This document shows, one piece after another, positions 31,073 to 39,901 of a DNA stretch of 64,000 nt (the first letter of the stretch is position 1; every line of letters begins with the position of its first letter). The position numbers and the translations under genes are program-made. The notes beneath the pieces were generated by a model that did no database searches, was not told the DNA's origin, and worked only from the letters and a program-made list of their open reading frames with translations. The stretch is taken from contig CP066693.1 in assembly GCA_016432525.1 (NCBI GenBank), positions 547,650 to 611,649 on the forward strand, read 5' to 3'. Origin of the DNA: Candidatus Woesebacteria bacterium (GTDB lineage: Bacteria; Patescibacteriota; Microgenomatia; UBA8517).

Positions 31073-32405
31073 TTCACTACTAAAATTCGGGGTAGCAGCA
31101 ATTCTTATTGCTGTTCCTCTGTATCCCAAATTTCCATTCATAAACGTCCCAGGAACTTATGTGTCTATAAGAATAGAAGATTTTTTAGTTTTTTTTGTAG
31201 TCTTAATCTCAACTCTTCTTTTTCTGAAAGATCTGAAAGTTAAAAATCTAAAAGAAAAAATTAAATCAATTTTTAAAAATAAATTTGCCGTTAGCTTTAT
31301 TCTTTTTTTTGCTATTACTCTTCTCTCTGTTCTTTCTGGAATTTTCCTTACAAAAACAGTAGTTTTTCATATCGGTTTTCTTCACTGGGCTCGCCGTATC
31401 CAGTATATGATTTTATTTTTTGTTGGAATTCAGGTAGTTAAGTCAATCAAAGATGTTAAATTTTTTACAAAATGTTTAATGATCGTAATAGTTTTTGTTT
31501 TTTTCTTTGGAATTGGCCAAAAATATTTTGGATTACCAGTTATTACTACACAAAATTCAGAATACTCAAAAGGCATAGCCTTGCGCTTTATGCAGGGAAG
31601 TCATTTGATATCAACTTTTGCAGGACACTATGATCTTTCAACATTTTTAATATTAGTATCTCCACTTCTTTACACAACACTAGTAAGTGACATATCAAAA
31701 AAACCAAAAGTTTTAATTCTTTTTTGTATGCTTTCCTCCCTCTGGTTACTTTCAAATGCTGCTGCTCGAATCTCTTTTGTAGCCTACGAAGGAGCAATTG
31801 TATTAACTCTGATCCTGGTGAAAAAGTATAAATTTATTGCTTTATTTTTAGTTATTTCTGCAATTTTTGCTCTTTTTTCTCCAAATTTAGTTTCAAGATT
31901 TACTAACATTTTTGATGTAACTATCAAAAAAATAATAACAAGTACTCATGTTCAAGTTTATGCCCAAGAAGAATCACCAACACCTACTCCAATACCAGTT
32001 GTAGAAGATAGGTCAACATCAATTAGATTAAATGTCGAATGGCCAAGGGCAATTCGAGCTTTTGAAATTAATCCATTTTTAGGAACTGGTTTTTCCTCAA
32101 TTAGTCTAGCAACAGACAACGATTACTTAAGGGTTTTAGGTGAAGCTGGAATTTTGGGATTTTTATCTTTCATAACTATATTTATTAGAATCATTAAAAA
32201 ACTTTTAGATGAAATTAATCTTAAATCTAAAAATTTCAAAAATGCCTATTTAATTGCCTTAATTGCCACTCTTCCAGCAATTTTTCTAAACTCGCTATTT
32301 ATTGATGTATTTGAGGCTTCAAAGTTTGCAATGATTTTTTGGCTAATGTTAGGATTCGGGGTAGGTTTACAAAAAATTAAAGATGAAAATATTAAAGACT
32401 TTTAA
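31047..32405 (+). CDS. O-antigen ligase / Wzy-like polymerase family membrane protein
   Basis: About 10-12 TM helices with a large periplasmic loop late in the sequence. Composition and length fit the Wzy_C family. By eye only. Confidence 0.5.
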   Translation: MQKLLKKFDSLLKFGVAAILIAVPLYPKFPFINVPGTYVSIRIEDFLVFFVVLISTLLFLKDLKVKNLKEKIKSIFKNKFAVSFILFFAITLLSVLSGIFLTKTVVFHIGFLHWARRIQYMILFFVGIQVVKSIKDVKFFTKCLMIVIVFVFFFGIGQKYFGLPVITTQNSEYSKGIALRFMQGSHLISTFAGHYDLSTFLILVSPLLYTTLVSDISKKPKVLILFCMLSSLWLLSNAAARISFVAYEGAIVLTLILVKKYKFIALFLVISAIFALFSPNLVSRFTNIFDVTIKKIITSTHVQVYAQEESPTPTPIPVVEDRSTSIRLNVEWPRAIRAFEINPFLGTGFSSISLATDNDYLRVLGEAGILGFLSFITIFIRIIKKLLDEINLKSKNFKNAYLIALIATLPAIFLNSLFIDVFEASKFAMIFWLMLGFGVGLQKIKDENIKDF

Positions 32406-33834
32406 GTTCAAAAAAATACTAACGATTATAATTTTATCAATTATCTTGATTGGTGGATTTGCAGTAAGGCTTTATAAAATCAACTCTCCAATTGCTGATT
32501 GGCATTCCTGGCGCCAAGCAGACACAGCCTCTGTTGCAAGAATATATTCAGATAGGGGAATTGATCTTCTTCATCCGCGCTACTACGATGTCTCAAGCAT
32601 ACAAACGGGTTATTACAACGGCGATGGTCTTCGATATGTCGAGTTTCCTGTATATAACGTTGCTCATGTTGTTTTGTATAAATTAATCCCTAATCTGGGA
32701 TTTGAAGTCGCGGGCCGTTTAATTACAATTTTTAGTTCACTCACAACTGCCTTCCTTATATATCTTCTTTGTAAAAGATATATAAACAAAACAGCAGCTT
32801 TTTTTGGCGCATTCTTTTTTGCATTTTTACCATTTAACATTTTCTTTAGTCGTGTAATTTTGCCCGAAGAAATGGCTGTTATGTTTGCAATTGCCTCAGT
32901 TTATATATTTTCAATTTTTACTCAAAAAGAAAAAAACCTCTATCTTTTTCTATCGGCAATATCATTTTCATTGGCAATTCTAGTAGATCCATATGTTGCT
33001 TTTTATTCTATTCCAATTATTTATCTTGCACTTAAAAAATATGGTCTAAAATCTTTCTTTAAAGTTACTTTTTATCTTGCATTAGATCTAGCTTTAGTTC
33101 CATTATTTTTATGGAGAGCCTATTTTTTTGAAAAAGTTGTAGGAATTCCTCCAGTTGAATGGGCTTTTAATGGAGATGGAATCCGTTTCAGGCCAGCCTT
33201 TTGGTGGTGGATCTTTGGTCAAAGATTGGGAAGTCTGATTCTTGGCATTTGGGGAACAGCTTTATTTGTCTTAGGTTTCGCTAAAAACGACAAAAAGAAC
33301 TTATTTGTTGAATCAATGGCGCTTGGTGCATTTATTTTTGTTTCAGTTGTTGCAACAGCAAATGTCAGACACGATTACTATCAGTCAATGATAATTCCTG
33401 CCGTTGTCTTTGTCCTTGCCAAAGGAACTTCTTATGTTTGGAACTTAGGTAAAATTAGACCAAAACTAGTTATTTTCGCTTCAATTTTTCTAATGCTCTT
33501 AATTGGAGCATATCAGGTCAAAGAATACTACAAAATCAATCACCCCGAATTTATGTTAGCCGGTGCATATATCGACAAAATTGCTCCTAAAGATGCCAAA
33601 GTCATAGCTCCAAATAATGGAGACACTGCATTTCTTTACCAAACCAAACGTTTCGGTTGGCCAGTTTTAGATCGCTCAATCGATGAAACAATTACCTTAG
33701 GTGCCAAATATTATGTTTCTGTGACTTTTAACGATACAGATACAGTTAACTTCAAAAAAAGGTTCAAAACAATTGAAGAAAACCAACAGTTCATAGTTCT
33801 CGACCTCACAAAAGAAATCAGTAAAAAGAAATGA
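32383..33834 (+). CDS. GT-C glycosyltransferase, PMT/ArnT-like (GT39/83)
   Basis: The first periplasmic loop carries WRQADTASVAR and DGLRYVEFPVYN, which resemble the PMT-family catalytic loop; multiple TM helices. Confidence 0.6.
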   Translation: MKILKTFKFKKILTIIILSIILIGGFAVRLYKINSPIADWHSWRQADTASVARIYSDRGIDLLHPRYYDVSSIQTGYYNGDGLRYVEFPVYNVAHVVLYKLIPNLGFEVAGRLITIFSSLTTAFLIYLLCKRYINKTAAFFGAFFFAFLPFNIFFSRVILPEEMAVMFAIASVYIFSIFTQKEKNLYLFLSAISFSLAILVDPYVAFYSIPIIYLALKKYGLKSFFKVTFYLALDLALVPLFLWRAYFFEKVVGIPPVEWAFNGDGIRFRPAFWWWIFGQRLGSLILGIWGTALFVLGFAKNDKKNLFVESMALGAFIFVSVVATANVRHDYYQSMIIPAVVFVLAKGTSYVWNLGKIRPKLVIFASIFLMLLIGAYQVKEYYKINHPEFMLAGAYIDKIAPKDAKVIAPNNGDTAFLYQTKRFGWPVLDRSIDETITLGAKYYVSVTFNDTDTVNFKKRFKTIEENQQFIVLDLTKEISKKK

Positions 33835-35024
33835 AAATTTTAATGCTCGTTCCCTTTCTTCCTAACGCCTCAATGTCCGGAGGTCAAACCAGATGGTATA
33901 ACCTCATTAAATATATGTCTGCTTCTCATGAAATTACCCTTTTTTCTTTGATAAAAGATGAGTCAGAAAGGCGTTTCGTGCCAGAACTTGAAAAATACTG
34001 TAAAAAAGTTCGCGTTTTTAAGCGTCCCAAATCTCCTTGGACTTTTAGAAATCTGTTTCTTACCGCCTTTAGTTTTTATCCCCTTTTGGTCATTAGAAAT
34101 TACTCATCAAAAGAAAAACACGCAATCAAAAAAGAGCTAAAAGAAGAAAAATATGATCTTATTCATGCAGAGGCCTTTTATGTTATGCCTCATGTTCCAA
34201 AAACCAAAATCCCATCAATTTTGGTTGAACAAACAATCGAGTATATGGTTTATAAACACTATGTTGACACAGAAGTTCCTTGGATTCTAAAACCAATTTA
34301 TCTTTTGGATATTCTAAAACTTCGTTTTTGGGAGCTTTACTTCTGGAAAAAAACGAACCAGTTAGTTGCAGTTTCTTCAAGCGATAAAAAAATCATGCAA
34401 AAATTAATTCCCGGAATAGATGTTGATATCATTCCAAATGGAGTAGACGCTCAATTTTACGTTTCCAAAAAAGCTGAAAAACTATCACCCCCCAGAGTTT
34501 TGTATGGCGTCACCAATTTCGAATGGCTCCAAAATATTGAAGCAGTTCAAACATTGATACAAGATGTCTGGCCTGAGGTTCATGAAAAATTTCCCAAAGC
34601 CAAACTCTGGATTGTGGGACGTCTAATACCCAAATGGATCGTTGAATTATCTCAAAAACGATCAGATATAGAAATTACAGAGTCAATTCCAGATGCAAGA
34701 GATGCGTATCTTAAGTCAACTCTTATGGTCGCTCCCATTAAAGGTTCAGGTGGAACAAGATTAAAGATTTTGGAGGCAATGGCAGCTGGCCTACCTGTTA
34801 TTTCAACAAGCATTGGAGTAGCTGGCCTTGATTTAGAAAATGGAAAGCATGCAATTATAAAGGATAAACCAAGTGAATTGGCTCAAGAAACCATAAGACT
34901 TCTCAAAAACCCACTTCTTGCCAAAAAAATAGGACTTGCTGGTCAAAAATTTGCCAAAGAGAATTATGATTGGAAAAAACTGGTAGAAATTCAAGATAAA
35001 ATTTACAAAGATGTACTATCCTAA
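33831..35024 (+). CDS. GT4 glycosyltransferase
   Basis: GT-B fold; GGTRLKILEAMAAGLPVISTSIG motif. Confidence 0.8.
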   Translation: MKILMLVPFLPNASMSGGQTRWYNLIKYMSASHEITLFSLIKDESERRFVPELEKYCKKVRVFKRPKSPWTFRNLFLTAFSFYPLLVIRNYSSKEKHAIKKELKEEKYDLIHAEAFYVMPHVPKTKIPSILVEQTIEYMVYKHYVDTEVPWILKPIYLLDILKLRFWELYFWKKTNQLVAVSSSDKKIMQKLIPGIDVDIIPNGVDAQFYVSKKAEKLSPPRVLYGVTNFEWLQNIEAVQTLIQDVWPEVHEKFPKAKLWIVGRLIPKWIVELSQKRSDIEITESIPDARDAYLKSTLMVAPIKGSGGTRLKILEAMAAGLPVISTSIGVAGLDLENGKHAIIKDKPSELAQETIRLLKNPLLAKKIGLAGQKFAKENYDWKKLVEIQDKIYKDVLS

Positions 35025-35916
35025 AATGCTTTCAATAATCATTCTAAATTACAACACAAAAGATCTTTTAAAAGATTGTATCCTTTCTCTTGTAAAGTTA
35101 AAAGATAAAACCAATTTTGAGATTATTGTCGTTGATAATGGGTCCGTTGACGGCTCAGTTGAATTGGTTGAAAGTTTAAAAATTAAAAACTTAAAAATTA
35201 TTGAAAATAAAGCTAATTTAGGTTTTGCCAAAGGAAATAACTCAGCCCGCAGCGTTGCTAAAGGAAAATATATTCTTTTTCTAAATTCAGATACCATCAC
35301 CAAAAACAACTGTCTTGATTTTCCAGTTAACTATTTAGAAGATCACCGTGATGTTGGTGCAATTACATGCAAAGTTATCCTGAAAAATGGAAAACTTGAT
35401 CCTGATACCAGAAGATCTTTTCCAACTCCATTTGTCGCATTTACTCATTTTTCCCATTTAGATAGAATTTTTCCAAAATCAGAAGTCTTTTCTAAATATT
35501 GGTATGGATTTATTTCTGATACTTTATCTCACGAAATTGACTCTCTTCAAGGTGCGTATTTTCTTGCAAAAAAAGATATTTTAGATTCTGTAAATTGGTT
35601 TGACGAAGATTATTTTTTAGATGGCGAAGATATTGATTTATGTTTCAAGATAAAAGATAAAGGCTACAAAATTGTTTACTTGCCAACTTCAGAAATCACT
35701 CATTTAAAGGGTGCAACTAAAGGCAAAAATCAAAATTTCAAAACTTCATTTAAATCTAGACTTCAGTTTCTTTTAGCTGGTGTTAATTCAATGGAAATAT
35801 TTTACACAAAAAGGCTAAGTAAAAACTATAATTTTATTGTTAATTTCTTAGTAATTTCTGGAATCAATTCCCTAAAACTTTTTAGATTTATGAGACTCCT
35901 TGTAAATTACATATGA
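35011..35916 (+). CDS. GT2 glycosyltransferase (rhamnosyltransferase-like)
   Basis: LSIIILNYNTKDLLKDCILSL...FEIIVVDNGSVDGSV; DGEDIDLCFK motif. Confidence 0.8.
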   Translation: MYYPKMLSIIILNYNTKDLLKDCILSLVKLKDKTNFEIIVVDNGSVDGSVELVESLKIKNLKIIENKANLGFAKGNNSARSVAKGKYILFLNSDTITKNNCLDFPVNYLEDHRDVGAITCKVILKNGKLDPDTRRSFPTPFVAFTHFSHLDRIFPKSEVFSKYWYGFISDTLSHEIDSLQGAYFLAKKDILDSVNWFDEDYFLDGEDIDLCFKIKDKGYKIVYLPTSEITHLKGATKGKNQNFKTSFKSRLQFLLAGVNSMEIFYTKRLSKNYNFIVNFLVISGINSLKLFRFMRLLVNYI

Positions 35917-37067
35917 AAATATTAATTGATGCTCGTCTTTACGGACTTGAGAATGCAGGCTTAGGTCGTTATCTCATCAATTTAATACGTGAACTTCAGA
36001 ATATCGATCTTAAAAACGATTACACTATCTTTCTCAAAAAAAAATATTATGAAAGTTTAATAGTTCCTAAAAATTGGAAAAAAGTTAAAGTAAACATTCG
36101 CCACTATTCACTCTTTGAACAAATGTTTTTACCGTTAATTATCAAAAAAGAAAACCCCGATCTTGTTCATTTTCCACATTTCAATATTCCAATTTTGTTT
36201 AATGGGAATTTTGTTGTAACTATCCACGACCTTTTAATGCACAGAGAAAAAGGGACATCGGCAACCACACTTTTTCCTCCTTTTTATTTCGCAAAAAGGG
36301 TAGGTTACAAAAAAACTTTTAAACATGCAGTTTTCGATTCTCAAAAAATAATTGTCCCAAGTAACTCAGTAAAAAGAGATATTGTCTCTTATTATAAAAT
36401 TCCTGAAGAAAAAATATCTGTAACTTATGAAGGTTTTGATGAAAATATTCACTCAAATTTAAAAAACGGAGATATTTTTAAAAACTTTCTAATAGATAGG
36501 CCATATTTTATGTATGCCGGAAACGCATACCCCCATAAAAATTTAAAAAGACTGATTGAAGCAACTCAGAGTTTAAATAACGCTCTTGGGCAAAAAATTT
36601 TGCTAGTTTTAGTTTGTCCTCGAAATGTTTTTGTCAAAAGACTCGAAAAATCAATCAAATTTTATAAAGCTGAAAATTCAGTTAGGATAATAAACTATAT
36701 AAGTGATAGCATTCTTTCTTTTCTTTACAAAAATTCCCTTGGTTTAGTTTACCCATCATTTTCTGAAGGTTTTGGTCTTCCCGGACTTGAGGCAATGGCA
36801 AATGGGACTTTAGCTTTAGTTTCAGATATCGCTGTTTTTAAAGAAATCTATAAAAATCATGCAATTTATTTTAATCCTTACGATTTCACATCAATTGAGA
36901 AAGAAATGAAAGAAGTATATGCTATGGACTTGAAAAAAAGAGCCAGGAAAGTTAAATTGGCAAAAAGTTTTGTAAAAAGATACAGCTGGCACAAAATGGC
37001 ACTTGAAACTTTAAAAATTTATGAAGAAACCTACAAAAAAAATAGCCTTAGTTTACGATCGGGTTAA
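35913..37067 (+). CDS. GT4 glycosyltransferase
   Basis: EGFGLPGLEAMANGTLALVSD motif; GT-B architecture. Confidence 0.75.
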   Translation: MKILIDARLYGLENAGLGRYLINLIRELQNIDLKNDYTIFLKKKYYESLIVPKNWKKVKVNIRHYSLFEQMFLPLIIKKENPDLVHFPHFNIPILFNGNFVVTIHDLLMHREKGTSATTLFPPFYFAKRVGYKKTFKHAVFDSQKIIVPSNSVKRDIVSYYKIPEEKISVTYEGFDENIHSNLKNGDIFKNFLIDRPYFMYAGNAYPHKNLKRLIEATQSLNNALGQKILLVLVCPRNVFVKRLEKSIKFYKAENSVRIINYISDSILSFLYKNSLGLVYPSFSEGFGLPGLEAMANGTLALVSDIAVFKEIYKNHAIYFNPYDFTSIEKEMKEVYAMDLKKRARKVKLAKSFVKRYSWHKMALETLKIYEETYKKNSLSLRSG

Positions 37068-38109
37068 TAAATGGGGTGGGGCAGAGCGTGTTTTATTAGC
37101 CCTCAACGAAATTTTCCCCGACGCACCTCTTTACACTTCAGTCTATTCTCCCAAAAGTGCCAGTTGGGCCAAAGTTTTTCCAAATGTAATCCCCTCTTTT
37201 TTACAAAAAATTCCACTTGTTAAAGAAAAACACGAATATATACCTTTCCTTATGCCTTTAGCTTTTGAAAATTTAAAATTAAAAGATTATGACGCAGTTA
37301 TCTCTGTGACAAGTGAATCCGCCAAAGGAATAATAACAGGGAAAAACACAGTCCATATTTGTTATTGTTTAACCCCAACCCGGTATCTTTGGAGTGGTTA
37401 TAAATCCTATTTCAAAAATAAAACCCTTAAAAAATTAAGCCAACCAATAGTCTCTTATCTTAGAAATTGGGATAAGATGTCCGCTCAAAAGCCCGACTAT
37501 ATGATCGCAATTTCAACTACTGTCCAAAATCGTATTAAAAAATATTACAATCGCGATTCAATAATAATCCACCCGCCTGTCGAAACCAAAAATTTCAAAA
37601 TCAGTAATAAAAGATCTAAAAATTTCCTAATAGTTGGGCGGCTAGTTCCTTACAAAAAAGTAGACTTGGCAATTAAAGCTTTTAATAAGCTTAATCTTCC
37701 TTTAACTGTAGTTGGTTCAGGGTCAGAAGAGCGTTATTTGAAAAGTATCGCTAGAGAAAATATAACTTTTAAAAATTTTGTTAAAGAAAAAGAACTTTCC
37801 GAAATTTATAACTCCTCAAAAGCATTAATTTTTCCCCAAATTGAAGATTTTGGCATAGTCGCGGTTGAATCTCACGCCTCGGGCATTCCTGTTATAGCTT
37901 TTAAAAAAGGAGGAAGCTTGGATACAATAATAGATGGAGTCAATGGAATCTACTTTGAAAGACAAACTGTGAAAAGTTTGCTAAAATCAGTTAAACGTTT
38001 TAATTCGTTACGTTTTGATAGTAAAATCATTAAAAACAGTGCTAAAAGATTTGATAAAAAAATTTTCAAGAAAAAGATTACCAAGTTCGTTGAACGTGTT
38101 ACAAAATAA
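37021..38109 (+). CDS. GT4 glycosyltransferase
   Basis: N-terminal KIALVYDRVNKWGGAERV; C-terminal EDFGIVAVESHASGIPVIAF. Confidence 0.75.
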   Translation: MKKPTKKIALVYDRVNKWGGAERVLLALNEIFPDAPLYTSVYSPKSASWAKVFPNVIPSFLQKIPLVKEKHEYIPFLMPLAFENLKLKDYDAVISVTSESAKGIITGKNTVHICYCLTPTRYLWSGYKSYFKNKTLKKLSQPIVSYLRNWDKMSAQKPDYMIAISTTVQNRIKKYYNRDSIIIHPPVETKNFKISNKRSKNFLIVGRLVPYKKVDLAIKAFNKLNLPLTVVGSGSEERYLKSIARENITFKNFVKEKELSEIYNSSKALIFPQIEDFGIVAVESHASGIPVIAFKKGGSLDTIIDGVNGIYFERQTVKSLLKSVKRFNSLRFDSKIIKNSAKRFDKKIFKKKITKFVERVTK

Positions 38110-39235
38110 TTACAAAGACCATTTATTTGCATTAGTATTAGCGGGTGGAGGCGGAACCAGGTTGTGGCCAAAATCTCGCGAAAAGACTCCAAAACAATTC
38201 TTAAAACTTTTCTACAACAAAACTCTTACTCAAATTACAATAGAAAGATTTAAAAAAATTCTGCCCCTCTCAAAAATATTTATCGTCACAGTTTCAGAAG
38301 ATTACAAAAAGGAAATTTTAAAAGAAATTCCAGACTTTCTTCCTAAAAATATAATTGTAGAGCCTTTAAGGCGTGAAACTGGGCCAGCCCACGGAATTGG
38401 TGCAACTTTCATAAAAAAGCAAGATCCGGATGCAGTTATTATTACAGAATCAGCTGATAGACTAGTCGATCCAATAAATCTTTATCTTAAAACTTTGACC
38501 ACTGCTGCAAAAGTAGCCTTCAATGACAGAATGTTAATCGCTGTAGGAGTCAAACCTCAATATCCACACACAGGTTTAGGACATATTAAAAAAGGAAAAG
38601 AATATATAAAAATCAATGACAATACATTTTATAAAGTAGAAAAATTCATCGAAAAACCTCCACTTGCCTTAGCTAAAAAATACACAAAATCTGGAAATTA
38701 TTACTGGAATGCAGGTCAATATGTTTGGCGCGCTGATGAATATTTAAAAGCCTTGGATCTTTACGAGCCAGAAATATCAAAAGGTCTCCAAGAAATTGAA
38801 AAGGAAATAGATACTTCAAGAGAACTGAAAACTATAAAAGAAGTTTATGAAAAACTTCCACTAAAAACAAAAGAAGGAAAACCCCTTTCGGTTGATTATA
38901 CAGTTTCAGAAAGAGCCAAAAACATGATTGTAATAGGTGGAGATTTTTATTGGTCAGATATTGGCGATTGGAAAGAAGTTTGGAATAATCTTAAAAAAGA
39001 TGAAAATGGAAACGTCATAATTGACGGAGAAGAAAAAGGTGGAGAGATTATGAATATAGATGCAACCGACTCTTTAATTCACACCAATGGACGCATGATT
39101 GCAATAATAGATGTAGATAACATTGTTGTAGTTGATACAAAAGATTCACTCTTGATTTGTAGTAAAAGTCGTGCCCAAAATGTTAAAAAAATCGTAGAAG
39201 AGCTAAAAGCTAGAAAGCAAAAAGACCTTCTTTAA
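38096..39235 (+). CDS. manC: Mannose-1-phosphate guanylyltransferase (GDP-mannose pyrophosphorylase)
   Basis: ALVLAGGGGTRLWPKSREKTPKQFL is the nucleotidyltransferase signature of ManC/CpsB. The ORF track's Met at 38015 lies inside the upstream gene; a GTG (38096) or TTG (38090) start just before the conserved N-terminus is more plausible. Confidence 0.7.
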   Translation: MLQNNYKDHLFALVLAGGGGTRLWPKSREKTPKQFLKLFYNKTLTQITIERFKKILPLSKIFIVTVSEDYKKEILKEIPDFLPKNIIVEPLRRETGPAHGIGATFIKKQDPDAVIITESADRLVDPINLYLKTLTTAAKVAFNDRMLIAVGVKPQYPHTGLGHIKKGKEYIKINDNTFYKVEKFIEKPPLALAKKYTKSGNYYWNAGQYVWRADEYLKALDLYEPEISKGLQEIEKEIDTSRELKTIKEVYEKLPLKTKEGKPLSVDYTVSERAKNMIVIGGDFYWSDIGDWKEVWNNLKKDENGNVIIDGEEKGGEIMNIDATDSLIHTNGRMIAIIDVDNIVVVDTKDSLLICSKSRAQNVKKIVEELKARKQKDLL

Positions 39236-39240
39236 TTTAT

Positions 39241-39882
39241 ATGATTTACCATTTAGTAAAAAGAACGATAGATCTTACACTCGCCTCTTTTTTATTAATA
39301 ATCTTCTCTCCTATTATATTGACAACAGCAATAACAATTAAACTGACCTCGAAAGGCCCTATTTTTGCAGACACTCCAAAACGTGTTGGAAAAAATGGCA
39401 ATCTTTTTTATCCTTACAAATTTCGCTCAATGATTGTAAATGCTTATAATCTCCTGAAAACTGATCCCAAATTCAAAAAAGCTTACGAAGAACAGCAAAA
39501 AGCAGGGAATTATAAAATTAAAAATGACCCGAGGGTTACTCCAGTTGGAAAATTTATAAGAAAACACTCTATTGACGAAATACCCCAATTAATTAATGTC
39601 CTAAAAGGAGAAATGAGCATAGTTGGTCCCCGACCTTATTACCCTGAAGAACTTGAGAAACAACAAAGACTTTATCCTCAAACTAAAAAACTTGTAAAAG
39701 AGGTTTTATCTGTTCAACCGGGTATAACAGGGCATTGGCAAGTATCTGGTCGATCAGAGGTTCTTTTTGACAAAAGAATTGCAATGGATGCTTTTTATGC
39801 TCGAAAAAAGTCCGTTTCGCTTGATATACAAATTCTTCTCAAAACCCCTTGGGCAATGATTTCTGGAAAGGGAGCCGTCTGA
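39241..39882 (+). CDS. Initiating polyprenyl-phosphate hexose-1-phosphate transferase (small bacterial sugar transferase, PglC/WbaP C-terminal domain-like)
   Basis: A single N-terminal TM helix followed by the conserved region KGPIFADTPKRVGKNGNLFYPYKFRSM...SIVGPRP of the Bac_transf family. Confidence 0.85.
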   Translation: MIYHLVKRTIDLTLASFLLIIFSPIILTTAITIKLTSKGPIFADTPKRVGKNGNLFYPYKFRSMIVNAYNLLKTDPKFKKAYEEQQKAGNYKIKNDPRVTPVGKFIRKHSIDEIPQLINVLKGEMSIVGPRPYYPEELEKQQRLYPQTKKLVKEVLSVQPGITGHWQVSGRSEVLFDKRIAMDAFYARKKSVSLDIQILLKTPWAMISGKGAV

Positions 39883-39901
39883 TATAATATAATTAATTCC
39901 A

